From: Alphaproteobacteria bacterium | Lineage (GTDB): Bacteria; Pseudomonadota; Alphaproteobacteria; UBA828 | NCBI GenBank assembly: GCA_965214705.1 | Contig: OZ243972.1 | Location: forward strand, 2,464,001 to 2,528,000 | DNA: 64,000 nt | Reading direction: 5' to 3' | In this document: piece by piece, positions 50,790 through 61,254 of the stretch | Layout: every line of letters begins with the position of its first letter | Position numbering within the stretch: the stretch's first letter is position 1 | Position numbers and translations under genes: made by a program | Notes under the pieces: generated by a model | Told to the model about the DNA's origin: nothing | The model's database searches: none | Seen by the model: the letters and a program-made list of their open reading frames with translations, nothing else

Positions 50790-52080
50790 AGCGCGAGGAC
50801 GCTGGGCTTCATCGAGAACGAGCTGCTCCAGACCCGGAGCTTCGATCCGGCGACCGGGCGAAGGCCTCGGGTGCAGGCGCAGGACATGGCGGCGGCGACC
50901 TTCCGCCACCTGGCCAGCCGCAACCTCGACCCGCAACTGCACACGCACGCGGTGCTCGCCAACATGACGCGCGGCCGGAACGGGGAGTGGAGTAGCGCCG
51001 AGTTCACCGCCGTGGAACGCTCGAAGCGCTTGATCGGCGCCTACTACCGCAACGAGTTGCGCACGGGGCTGGAGAAGATCGGCTACGCCACGGTGCCGAC
51101 GCTTGTGGGCCGGATGCCGGGGTCCGAGATCGCGGGCTACGGCAAGCCGATGCTGGACGCGTTCTCGACCCGACGCCGGGAGCTTCTGGACTACATGCTT
51201 GAACGAGGCTGGGAGAACACCCCCGCCAGGACGCAGCAGGCAGCGCTCTACACGCGGCGGCGCAAGGCGGAGCCGGAGCGGCGGATCCTGCATGAGACTT
51301 GGCAGGCGCGGGCGCAGGAGCTCGGCCCGGCGCTCGACCGGGACATCGCTAGGGCCGCAACGGGGTCAGCGCATCGGCCTTTCCCCCGAGCGAGGCGCGA
51401 GCGCCTCCGTCGGCGCTGTCGGTGGCGCGGCAGGCGGTCGAGCACCTGGAGGAGCGGCGCACGGTGATCCCGGCCAACGACCTGCGCGCCTGGGCGCTGG
51501 CGCACGGGGGCGGGCGGCACTCGCTCGAAGCGCTGGACGCCGGTATCGCCCAGCTCCGGCGCGACGGACACCTGATCGAAGCGACGGCGCGGAGGGGCGA
51601 CCTCGCCTTCGTCACCGACCGGGCACGCAACGCCGAGCGCGAGATTATCGCCGGCATGCGCGCGGGGCTTGACGCCGGACGAAGCCTGGCGCCGGCAGAG
51701 GCGGTCGAGGCCAGGCTGGACGCGGCAGGGCTGAATCCCGGCCAGCGCGATGCCGTACGCGGAATCCTGCTCTCGCCTCATGTCACGGTCGGGGTGCAAG
51801 GCCATGCGGGCTCCGGCAAGACCCCACCATGCTGCGCGACGTGGCAGAATTGGCGGGCGAGCGGCAAATCGTCGGACTGGCTCCCTCGGCCAGCGCCGCG
51901 CGCGTGCTCGAAGGCGAAGCCGATATCCCGGCCCGCACGTTGCAATGGTTCCTCACGCGCTACCGCGACGTGGGCGACGGCATCGCCCCGCCGGAGAAGA
52001 CGGGGGAAGCGCGCAAGGCCTTGGGCGGCTCGGTGCTGATTCTCAACGAAGCCTCGATGGTCGGCACGATCCAGATGCGG
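50790..52080 (+). pseudogene. MobF/TrwC relaxase-helicase fragment with frameshifts
   Basis: FRHLASRNLDPQLHTHAV, FSTRR, GHAGSGKT, LAPSASAA, ILNEASMV across three frames; both ends missing. Confidence 0.85.
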
Positions 52081-52210
52081 AATTTTGCAAGCGGCTCGAA
52101 CCGCATGGGCAAAGCCGCTTGTGCCACGAGGTCAGGAAATCTAACTTTGGATATGGAGACTGTGGAGGCGGTGGGCGGGCGATGCGGTCTGAGGAGATGG
52201 GTGAGGTTCG

Positions 52211-53041
52211 GTGAAGACATCCGTTCTGTCTGTCACGTATGACGGTGAAAGACCGGACAGGCTGGACGCCTACTTTGCGTCGTTGGCGGCACAAACCCGT
52301 CCGGCCGACGAGATTGTTCTGGTTTTGGATGGCGAGGTCCGAGCGGAACTGCATAGAGTCATCGATCACTGGAAGCAGCGTCTTCCGTTGAAGGTAATTC
52401 AGAAGAAGAAGAAGAAGAAGAAGAAGAATGTTGGCCTCGATCTGAATGACGGACTGATCCACTGCACAGGTGAGATCGTGTTTCGGGCCGATACCGACGA
52501 TGTCAGCTTGCCGGAGCGGTTTGCCGAGCAGGCCCGGATCCTGGAGGATCGCGCGACCTCGGTCACGTCCGCCCCGGTTCTGGAAATCAAGGAGGACGGA
52601 TTGGAGTTGCTCAAGCGCGTGCCTAGCGGGACTATTGGACCCTGGAATCTCTACAGTTTTTTCCGCAACCCGGTAACCGGCAATTGCTGCGCGTTCCGAA
52701 TTGACGACGTTCTGGCTGTCGGCGGCTATTCGACGAGGGCGACGGAGATGGAGGATTATTTCTTGTGGATCAAGATGCTGATCCACGGCAAGCGTATTTT
52801 CGGTTCCCGGGCGCCTCTGCTGAGAGCCGATGCCCGGTCCTTGGCCGCGCGCCGCGGGGGGAGCGGCTGGTTCCTGGCCGAGGTCGCGTTATTGAGGCTC
52901 AATGCCCGGCGGCTGGCGTACATGGGCAGCGTGCCGGCGATCATCGCATTCGCATTCCGTGCACCGCTCGGCTTTTCCGCTGCCGAGAAGTTGCGTGAGA
53001 TTCTCTACCAATATTTCCTGCGCAAGAGGGTTAGGTCATGA
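52211..53041 (+). CDS. GT2 glycosyltransferase (AmsE-like) with an (AAG)8 poly-Lys tract
   Basis: AQTRPADEIVLVLDG, RADTDDVSLPERF, GGY..MEDYFLW. Confidence 0.8.
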   Translation: MKTSVLSVTYDGERPDRLDAYFASLAAQTRPADEIVLVLDGEVRAELHRVIDHWKQRLPLKVIQKKKKKKKKNVGLDLNDGLIHCTGEIVFRADTDDVSLPERFAEQARILEDRATSVTSAPVLEIKEDGLELLKRVPSGTIGPWNLYSFFRNPVTGNCCAFRIDDVLAVGGYSTRATEMEDYFLWIKMLIHGKRIFGSRAPLLRADARSLAARRGGSGWFLAEVALLRLNARRLAYMGSVPAIIAFAFRAPLGFSAAEKLREILYQYFLRKRVRS

Positions 53042-53802
53042 AGGCATTTCTTCTGGCGGCGGGGCTCGGCACCAGGATGCGTCCGCTGACCGACCAAACC
53101 CCCAAGTGTCTCCTGACGATCGGCGGCATCGCGATGGTCGACATTTGGCTCGATGCAATGCTCCGTGCCGGAGTCAGCGATGTTCTCGTCAACCTTCACC
53201 ACCTCGCCGACCAAGTCGAGGCGCATGTGGCGCGCCGACGTCGGCCGCCGGCGGTTCGGCTGAGCTACGAGCCCGCTCTGCTCGGCAGTGCTGGAACACT
53301 GGCTGCAAATCGGGACTTCGTCGCCAGCGAGGAATTCTTTCTTGCGTGCTATGTGGACAACCTGACCGACTTCGATCTTTCCGTACTTGTCGAACGCCAT
53401 CGATCCTGGGGCGGACTTGCAACCCTCGCCTTGATACATACCAACGAATCTCACGCCAAAGGCGTCGTCGAACTCGACGCAGACGGCATCGTCGCCTCCT
53501 TCGAGGAGAAGCCCAAGGCACCAAGAAGCGATCTTGCCAATGCCGGTATCTACGCCTTCGCGCCCTCGGTTATCGAATTCATTGCGAAACCGCCAGCGGA
53601 TATCGGATACGATCTTCTGCCTCGGCTTGTCGGCAAGATGCAGGGCTTTGGTAACTACCCAGGTACCCCGCCGCCAGATCTGAGTGCGTGCTGATGTTGG
53701 TCGCCGCCGGTGCCGTTTGTCCGTCGGCGCGTCGATGATCTGCCCTTGACTGTATAGGCACGCTCGCCTATGGGTTGCTCTCTCGCATGAGAGGAGCAGC
53801 CG

Positions 53803-54472
53803 GTGGGGTATTTCGGATCGAAGGCGACGACCGGTCTGAGCCAGGCGCTGATTGCGCTGATGCCCCCGCACTCTGTCTATATCGAGAGCCACTTGGGGGG
53901 GCGGGGCGCTGATGAAGCGCAAGCCTGCGGCCGTGCGCTCGATCGGGATTGACCGCGACGAGCGGGCGCTTGAGTCCTTCGACTGTGGCTACCCGGTGGA
54001 GTTGGTGCACGGCTGCGCCCACTCCTTCCTGGCCTCGTTCCCGTTCCTGGGCCCGGAGCTGGTCTACAGCGATCCGCCCTATCTGCACGCGACCCGGCGT
54101 TCGTCGCAGCGCTACCGCTTCGAGTACGAGGAGGCCGACCACGTCGCGCTCCTCGAACTGCTCAAGGGTCTGCCCTGCCAGGTGATGGTCTCGGGCCACC
54201 CGTCTGCGCTCTATGACGAGTTGCTGGCGGGCTGGCGCCGGCTGGCGCTGCAGGTGACGACCCAGGCCCAGGTGCGGACCGAGGCGGTGTGGTTCAACTT
54301 CGCGCCCGACCGGGTGCACTGGGCGAGCTACGCGGGCCGCAACTTCACCGACCGCCAGCGCATCAAGCGCAAGGCGGCCAACTGGGGCCGGCGCTACGAG
54401 GCCATGCCGGCGGGCGAACGCCTGGCGGTGCTGGCCGCGATCATGGCCGTCGAGGCTGACGAGGGTTTGTGA
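53803..54472 (+). pseudogene. Dam-like (D12 class) DNA adenine methyltransferase with a +1 frameshift in a G7 run
   Basis: GAGGAG RBS, GYFGSK..MPPH..YIESHLGG, then YSDPPY; G6 instead of G7 at 53895-53901 restores 222 aa. Confidence 0.82.
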
Positions 54473-56010
54473 CAGTGTCGCGCTGGCACGCGGACCTCGC
54501 CGCTCACGACGAGGCTTTCGCGTGCCTGCAGGACCTTTTCACCCCACAATCCTTCGCGATGACCGCCGTCAAAGCCATCCGGGAATGGGGCCAGGGGCTG
54601 CTTCGCCTGAGCGCGGCGCTGGTCAAGGAGAACGACGCGCTGGAGCGGGAGAACGCCCGCTTGCGCGAGCGGATCGCCGAACTTGAGCGCAGCGCCGCGC
54701 TCGACAGCACCACCAGCTCCAGGCCGCCGGCCAGCGACGGCCTGAAGAAGAAGAGCGCAGACCAGGAGAAGCGCACCCGGAGCCGGCGCGGCAAATCCGA
54801 CAGGCCCAGCGGCGGTCAGCCGGGCCACAAGGGAACCACCCTGGAGCGGACCGAGAACCCGGACCACGTCGTGGATCATGATCCGTCCGCCTGTGAGGGC
54901 TGCGGCGCGCCGCTGTCGGACGCCGACCGTCACGGAGCCCCCGTCTGCCGGCAGGTCTTCGATGTGCCCGAGCCGCAGCCCCTCGAGGCCACCGAGCATC
55001 GCGGCCATCGCTGCCTCTGCGCCGCCTGCGGCACCATGACAACAGCCGCCTTCCCGAACGGCGTGAGCGCCCCGGTCCAGTACGGGCCGCGCATCACCGC
55101 GTGGGTGACCTACCTGCTGCACGCTCAGTTCATTCCGGAGAAGCGCGTCGCCGAGGTCATGAGCGATCTCTTCGCGGTCAAGATCTCAACGGCCACCATC
55201 GCCGCCATGGGCCGGCGCACCGCCCGGCGCTTCGAGGGCTTCCTCGATCGTGTCGCAGAGATCATCCGCACCGAAGCCCCGGTCAAACACCTCGACGAGA
55301 CCGGCATCCGCATCGCCGCCCGGACCCATTGGCTCCACGTGCTGTGCACCCCGTTGCTGACCATCCTGCGCGTCGCCAGCGGGCGCGGCCATTTCGACGA
55401 GAAGCTCAACGGCATCGTCATCCATGACGACTATGCCACCTACTTCGCTCTCGAGGGCGTGCGCCACGGGGCCTGCAACGCCCATCACCTGCGTGAGCTC
55501 CAGGCCCTGATCGAGATCGAGAAGGAAGACTGGGCAACGAGCATGCACCAGCTGCTCTCCCGTGCCAACAGAGCCGCCCGCTTCGCCCGCAAGAATGATC
55601 GCGACGTGCCCGCATCGCTGGTCGCCCGCATCTCGCGAGCCTGGGACCGCATCCTCGAACGTGCCATCGCCGCTCACGAAGAGATGCCGCCGCTCCAGAC
55701 CGGAAAGCGCGGACGACAAAAGCGCCGCATCGGTCACAACCTCGCGCTCCGGCTCCAGAAGTACAAGGAGGGCTGCCTGCGCTTCCTCACCGACCCGCGA
55801 ACCCCGTTCTCGAACAATGAGGCGGAGCGCGATCTGCGAATGGGCAAGCTGCGTCAGAAAATCTCAGGCGGCTTCCGCTCGATGCAAGGTGCCTGCGACT
55901 TCGCCAACCTGCGGTCCGTCATCGCCACCGCTCGAAAACAGCGCTGGAATGTCCTCGAAACCCTGGCGCACCCCGATCCCATGCAGCTAATCCCGGTACT
56001 GCGCTTCTGA
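54469..56010 (+). CDS. IS66-family (ISBst12-like) transposase
   Basis: SSRPPASD, GGQPGH, HLDETG, CNAHHLREL, NNEAERDLR. Confidence 0.92.
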   Translation: MTVSRWHADLAAHDEAFACLQDLFTPQSFAMTAVKAIREWGQGLLRLSAALVKENDALERENARLRERIAELERSAALDSTTSSRPPASDGLKKKSADQEKRTRSRRGKSDRPSGGQPGHKGTTLERTENPDHVVDHDPSACEGCGAPLSDADRHGAPVCRQVFDVPEPQPLEATEHRGHRCLCAACGTMTTAAFPNGVSAPVQYGPRITAWVTYLLHAQFIPEKRVAEVMSDLFAVKISTATIAAMGRRTARRFEGFLDRVAEIIRTEAPVKHLDETGIRIAARTHWLHVLCTPLLTILRVASGRGHFDEKLNGIVIHDDYATYFALEGVRHGACNAHHLRELQALIEIEKEDWATSMHQLLSRANRAARFARKNDRDVPASLVARISRAWDRILERAIAAHEEMPPLQTGKRGRQKRRIGHNLALRLQKYKEGCLRFLTDPRTPFSNNEAERDLRMGKLRQKISGGFRSMQGACDFANLRSVIATARKQRWNVLETLAHPDPMQLIPVLRF

Positions 56011-56331
56011 AATCCCCCGCCGCTCCGCTCCACGTCAGCGGCACCAGGCCAGAGGCATCAGTCCATCACGCGTGAGTGCTCGGCGGAATCAGACCTGGGC
56101 AGTTACGGGCTTTGTTATCGATGCGTATTTGCGGGACGTCGGGAGCAGCCCCGAGGCCTATTTGGCCGCCGAGCGCGAATGGGCGGCGAGAGCGAGCGCA
56201 TGATTGTCACCGAAACGCCGCTTCGGATCAGCTTCGCCGGCGGCGGCACCGATCTACCGGAGTACTACAACGTAAGCGGTATCGGGCCCCCATACTTCCA
56301 GCGGATCTGATTTCGGGGCTGACTCTCCGCC

Positions 56332-56787
56332 TTGACCACGAGCCACACAGGAGAGATCGCGATGACAGATTCGATTTTGGCATCTGGCGACGGTGTCGCT
56401 GTTGCTTCGGTTGAGATCCCAGCTTCTGAGGGAGCCGCCCCGGCTCCGTCTGAGCCGGCCCCCATGCGACGCTGGCCGGACGATGAGAAGGCGCGGATTG
56501 TCTCGGAGAGCTTTGAGCCGGGCTCTTCGGTTGCGGCGGTCGCGCGCCGCCATGGCGTCAGCGATACGACCCTGACCAAGTGGCGGCGGCGCGCGCGGGA
56601 GGGAACTCTTCCGGGCGCTCGGATTGGTGGCTCTGCACCGCCATTTGTTCCCGTGGTGGTTGATAGCGTGACGTCCGAGCGGACGGTGGCGATCGAGGCG
56701 CTGGGCGTGGTCGTTCGCCTTCCGGTGGAGAGCGCGGTCGATCGGATCGTGGCTGTGGCCTCGGGCCTGGGTCGGGCGTCGTCATGA
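56332..56787 (+). CDS. tnpA: IS66 accessory protein TnpA
   Basis: Same protein as copies 1 and 2. Confidence 0.9.
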   Translation: MTTSHTGEIAMTDSILASGDGVAVASVEIPASEGAAPAPSEPAPMRRWPDDEKARIVSESFEPGSSVAAVARRHGVSDTTLTKWRRRAREGTLPGARIGGSAPPFVPVVVDSVTSERTVAIEALGVVVRLPVESAVDRIVAVASGLGRASS

Positions 56788-57134
56788 TCGCGGCCCCCTC
56801 GCTTCGCATCGTGCTGGCGACGCGGCCGGTTGATTTTCGTCGCGGCCACGACGCGCTTGCGGCGACGGCGGCGGGGGAGCTGGATCTCGATATCTATTCC
56901 GGGGTGATCGTGATCTTCCGTTCGCGCCGCGGCGACAGGCTCAAGCTTCTCACCTGGGACGGGACCGGCCTGGTGATGACCTACAAGCGTCTGGAGCAGG
57001 GCCGCTTCGCCTGGCCCCGGATCGAGGACGGTGTGATGCGCCTCACGAAGGGCCAGTTCGAGGCCCTGTTCGAGGGCCTTGACTGGCGCCGGGTCAAGGC
57101 CCTCCCGGTTCGCCGCCCGCTGGCGGCGGAGTGA
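56784..57134 (+). CDS. tnpB: IS66 accessory protein TnpB (variant)
   Basis: LLTWDGTG versus LLAWDGSG in the other copies. Confidence 0.95.
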   Translation: MIAAPSLRIVLATRPVDFRRGHDALAATAAGELDLDIYSGVIVIFRSRRGDRLKLLTWDGTGLVMTYKRLEQGRFAWPRIEDGVMRLTKGQFEALFEGLDWRRVKALPVRRPLAAE

Positions 57135-57200
57135 GGCGGCACGCAGGCGGGGCCGCAGATTTCGGTCGCGGTCCCGCCTGCACTTTTCCCTGGTCATGCA

Positions 57201-58943
57201 TTGGCGAATCGGATTAAGGGGTGGCCCATGCCGAAGGTCACGCCCTCACCCCTCAGCAGCGCCGGTTCGCCGTCGCCTGCGGTGGTTTCGGCGGCGCTGG
57301 CGGCCCTGCATGCGGAGCTTGACGACGAGCGCGCGGCGCGCCGGGCGACGGAAGCAGCCCTATGCGAAGCGGAGCAGGCACGCGGCGCGGCGGAGGCGGC
57401 GAGGCAGACGGCGGAAGCGCGGGCGGCACGGCTGGAGGCCGAGAACGCGCACAGCGCGGAGCAGATCAGCCGGCTTGAGCATCTCAACAAGGAGCTCAGG
57501 AAGGCGCTGTTCGGTCCGCGCTCCGAGAAGCTCGGCGAGGACGAGCGCCAGCTTACGTTCGAGGAGTTTTGGGCGGCGATCGCTGAAGCCGGCGGTCGGC
57601 CCGAGGCAGATGACCAGGAGCAGGACGAGGGGGCTGGCGGCAAGCGCCGGCGGCGCTCTTCCCGGGGGTCGCGCAGCGGGGTGCGCTTCGGGCCCCAGGT
57701 CGACCGGCGCGAGGAGGTGATCGAGCCGGACACGATCATGTGCCCCTGCGGCTGCGGCGAGATGACGAAGATCGGCGAGGACCGCAGCGAGCGGCTGGAC
57801 TATGAGCCGGCGAAGTTCACCGTCATCGAGACCGTGCGCCCCCGCTACGCCTGCAACAAGTGCAAGGGGGGCGGGGTGGTGCAGTCGCCGGCGCCGGCCG
57901 CTCTGGTCGAGGGCGGCCTTCCCACCGAGGCTCTTCTGGCGCAGGTGCTGATCGCGAAGTACGGCGATCATTGCCCGCTCTATCGCCAGTCGCAGATCTA
58001 CGAGCGCTCGGGGATCGAGGTTCACCGTGCGACGCTGGCGACGTGGGTGGGCCAGGCGTCGTTTCACCTGCGCCCCGTGGTCGCTTGCCTGGAGGATGAG
58101 CTGAAGAAGTCGGATCACCTGGGTCTGGACGAGACCACGATCCGCGTTCTCGACCCGGGCCGGGGCAAGACGAAGACGGGCTACATGTGGACCCTTGTGC
58201 GTGACGAGCGCCACTGGAGCGGCACGGACCCGCCGGGCGTCGTCTATCGCTATGCGCCCGGCCGCGGCGGCAAGTATGGCGCCGAGCTTATGGAGGGCTT
58301 TTCGGGGACGGTGCAGCTCGACGGCTACTCGGGCCACAACATCCTGGCGCGGCCGGACCGGGCGGAAGGCCCTGTGACGCGGGCCCTCTGTTGGGCGCAT
58401 GTAAGACGGAAGCTGAAAGAGGTATACGACTCGAGCGCATCGCCGATCGCGCTGGCCGGTCTGAATCGGATCGCGAAGCTCTATGCGATCGAGAAGAAGA
58501 TCCGGGGCAAGCCGCCGGCGGAGCGCCGCGCGATCCGTTGGGAGGAGTCGGCGCCGATCGTGAACACCTTCGGTGTCTGGCTCGACGAGCAGCGCTCGCG
58601 CGTCTCACCGCGCTCGCGTCTCGGCGAGAAGCTGACCTATATCGCCAACCAGTGGGACGGGCTGCTGGAGTTCCTGCACGACGGTCGTGTCGAGATCGAC
58701 TCGAACCTGGTGGAAAACCGAATCCGGCCGCTGAAGCTCACCGCCAAGAACGCGCTCTTCGCCGGCAACGACGAGGGTGCGCAAGCCTGGGCCCGCATCG
58801 CCTCGCTGATCGAGACCTGCAAGATGAACGGCGTCGAGCCCTACGCCTGGATGCGGAGCACGCTCGAGAAGATCGCCAAGGGCCACCCGCAGTCGGGCAT
58901 CCAGGAGCTTCTGCCGTGGAACTTCCAGCCCGAGGCAAAATGA
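57201..58943 (+). CDS. tnpC: IS66 transposase TnpC
   Basis: Matches copies 1 and 2 except one Q to H change. Confidence 0.95.
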   Translation: MANRIKGWPMPKVTPSPLSSAGSPSPAVVSAALAALHAELDDERAARRATEAALCEAEQARGAAEAARQTAEARAARLEAENAHSAEQISRLEHLNKELRKALFGPRSEKLGEDERQLTFEEFWAAIAEAGGRPEADDQEQDEGAGGKRRRRSSRGSRSGVRFGPQVDRREEVIEPDTIMCPCGCGEMTKIGEDRSERLDYEPAKFTVIETVRPRYACNKCKGGGVVQSPAPAALVEGGLPTEALLAQVLIAKYGDHCPLYRQSQIYERSGIEVHRATLATWVGQASFHLRPVVACLEDELKKSDHLGLDETTIRVLDPGRGKTKTGYMWTLVRDERHWSGTDPPGVVYRYAPGRGGKYGAELMEGFSGTVQLDGYSGHNILARPDRAEGPVTRALCWAHVRRKLKEVYDSSASPIALAGLNRIAKLYAIEKKIRGKPPAERRAIRWEESAPIVNTFGVWLDEQRSRVSPRSRLGEKLTYIANQWDGLLEFLHDGRVEIDSNLVENRIRPLKLTAKNALFAGNDEGAQAWARIASLIETCKMNGVEPYAWMRSTLEKIAKGHPQSGIQELLPWNFQPEAK

Positions 58944-60028
58944 CTCGCGCGCTCACGGCGCTCCTCAAGAAATCCCCGTCGTAGTCAAGCCAGATTCCGG
59001 TATGGGGTCTGCGTACCGCTTACACTACAACGACCATGGCAGCCGAATCGTGAGTTGCGCGATCGACAAGTACGTCTATGTCATCGTGAAACGACGGTAC
59101 GACGACGCTATCTGCCTCAACTACTCGAGAAAGGAGACCGTCGATTCAGTTGATGCAGTCGAGCACGGACTCATGCGGGAGACCATGCGCCTTGCCGGCG
59201 TCGACCGAGCCGTCGAGGTCACGACGCTTGCCGACATTCCATCGGAAGGATCGGGTCTCGGCTCGTCATCGTCGGTTACTGTCGGCCTGCTCAACGCACT
59301 TCATTGCTATCAGGGCGTTCAGCTTTCAGCGAGTGAACTTGCCGAGCAAGCTTGTGAGATCGAGTTGACGCGCCTGGGTAAGGCAATGGGCAGGCAAGAC
59401 GCCTATATCGCAGTCTACGGCGGCCTACGGGAGTTCCGTTTTGGGCGCGGCGATACGGCGACGACCCGCAGAATCGGCCTGTCGCCCGATCAAAGACGCC
59501 AACTGGAGGGACGCCTGTTGGTATACTATACGGGCATCGCACGCAGGGCGGAAACCATCCTGAAGAAGCAACGCGAGGAGATGGGCGCCCGGCGAGCGGA
59601 ACTCGATACAATACGCAAGATTGCCGAGACCCTTGCGAACGACCTCGATGCCGGCAAAGTCGACAGTTTGGGGCGGTTTGTTCGCGATGGGTGGGAGGCA
59701 AAGCGCATGCTGACCGATGGGATCGGTTCGGAACGCATTGAGACAATGATCACGGCGGCGCTCGAAGCCGGCGCGGACGGCGCCAAGGTGTGCGGCGCCG
59801 GCGGCGGCGGCTTCGTCCTGGTCGTCTGCCGGCCGGAGAACCAACCGGCGGTGCGGGAAGCGTTGGGAATCTATCGTGAATTGCCAGTTCGAATATCCAG
59901 CACGGGCAGTCGTGTCGTGTTCAATATCCATCAAGAGCCGTGAGGTTGACGGGACGGCCGGCGGGCATGGATAAGCTGTCCGACGGGGCCGGGCTTCACA
60001 CACGGGAGACATTGAAGGGGCGAAGAGC

Positions 60029-61069
60029 ATGGGATCGAAGGAGCCCGTGTTGATCACCGGCGCCGCCGGCTACGTCGGCAGCCATGTCGTGCCGGCGTTT
60101 TGCAAGGCTGGCTATCCCGTCGTTGTCCTCGACGATCTTTCGACGGGGCATCGTGCGGCCGTTCCCGGCGGTATCCCGTTCGTCGAGGGTGACGTTGGCG
60201 ATAGCGGCGCGGTCGGCAATGTCATCGCCGACCATCGAATCGCCGCCGTCGTGCACCTGGCCGCCAGCGCCAGCGTTCCCGAATCGGTCCATGATCCGCT
60301 GCTCTACTACCGCAACAATAGTAGCGCGAGCACGACCCTGATCCGCGCCTGCGTCGACGGTGGGGTGAGGCGGTTCATCTTTTCATCGACGGCGGCGGTC
60401 TATGGCATTCCCAGGGAAATCCCGGTATCCGAAGACGCGCCGACGGCTCCCATCAACCCCTACGGCAGTTCCAAGCTGGTCACCGAATGGACGCTTCGCG
60501 ACGCCGCGGCGGCCCACGATTTCCGCTACGTCGCGCTCCGCTATTTCAACGTGGCGGGCGCCGACCCGAACGGGCGGGCGGGTCAGTCCAACCGGAATGC
60601 CGCGCACCTGATCAAGGTCGCCTGCGCGGCTGCCGTCGGCTCGCACGACCACGTCACCGTGTTCGGCACGGATTACGATACGGCGGACGGCACCTGCGTG
60701 CGCGACTATATCCACGTGTCCGATCTCGCCGACGCCCATGTCGCCGCCCTTCGCGACCTGGAGGACGGCGGCGGCAGCCGCGTGCTCAACTGCGGCTACG
60801 GCCACGGGTTTTCAGTCCGCGAGGTGCTCGAAACGGTGCGGGTGGTCGCCGGGGTGCCCTTCGATGTTCGCGAAGGCCCGCGGCGCGTCGGCGACCCGCC
60901 GGCGCTGGTGGCCGACGCGTCGCGGATTCGCGAGGCGTTGCAATGGTCGCCGCGCCATGACGATCTCGATTTCATCGTCCGCACCGCGCTTTCGTGGGAG
61001 AGGAAACTGGCGCGCGAGCGCGGCAATGTCGACAACGGGCCGCCTAGGGGCAGTGAGACACGGGAATGA
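60029..61069 (+). CDS. galE: UDP-glucose 4-epimerase
   Basis: TGAAGYVG, FSSTAAVYG, YGSSK, LRYFNVAGA, DGTCVRDYIHV. Confidence 0.93.
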   Translation: MGSKEPVLITGAAGYVGSHVVPAFCKAGYPVVVLDDLSTGHRAAVPGGIPFVEGDVGDSGAVGNVIADHRIAAVVHLAASASVPESVHDPLLYYRNNSSASTTLIRACVDGGVRRFIFSSTAAVYGIPREIPVSEDAPTAPINPYGSSKLVTEWTLRDAAAAHDFRYVALRYFNVAGADPNGRAGQSNRNAAHLIKVACAAAVGSHDHVTVFGTDYDTADGTCVRDYIHVSDLADAHVAALRDLEDGGGSRVLNCGYGHGFSVREVLETVRVVAGVPFDVREGPRRVGDPPALVADASRIREALQWSPRHDDLDFIVRTALSWERKLARERGNVDNGPPRGSETRE

Positions 61070-61254
61070 CGTCATACGGCCCCCATTTCGGCCTCCCCTC
61101 TCCCCCTTCCGCTCCCGGCGCTGAGCCACGCCAACGCCGCCGCCGGTCACTTGTCCCGGATGCGCCTTGTAGTGGCCGCCGACAGGTTGCAGGGAGCGAC
61201 TCCGGCCCGACAATGGCTCCGTCGTGCCCAGGCCGCGCAACCGACAGACCCGCG

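Larger units (their letters stand above)
53651..56106 (+). mobile_element. IS66-family element carrying a DNA methyltransferase passenger (2456 bp)
   Basis: GTAACTACCCAGGT / ACCTGGGCAGTTAC termini; TSD GGGCTTTG. Confidence 0.92.
53038..56203 (+). pseudogene. hddC: Sugar-phosphate nucleotidyltransferase (HddC-like), interrupted near its 3' end
   Basis: LAAGLGTRMRPLT..PKCL, EEKP, NAGIY; continues GF|VIDAYLRDVG after 56114 to TGA 56203. Confidence 0.82.
56272..59023 (+). mobile_element. IS66-family element, copy 3 (2752 bp)
   Basis: Same termini as copies 1 and 2; TSD ACTACAAC. Confidence 0.97.
56200..59943 (+). pseudogene. hddA: D-glycero-D-manno-heptose 7-phosphate kinase (GHMP family), split by IS66 copy 3
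   Basis: MIVTETPLRISFAGGGTDL before the IS; GSGLGSSS, GRQDAY, GAGGGG after it. Confidence 0.88.
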
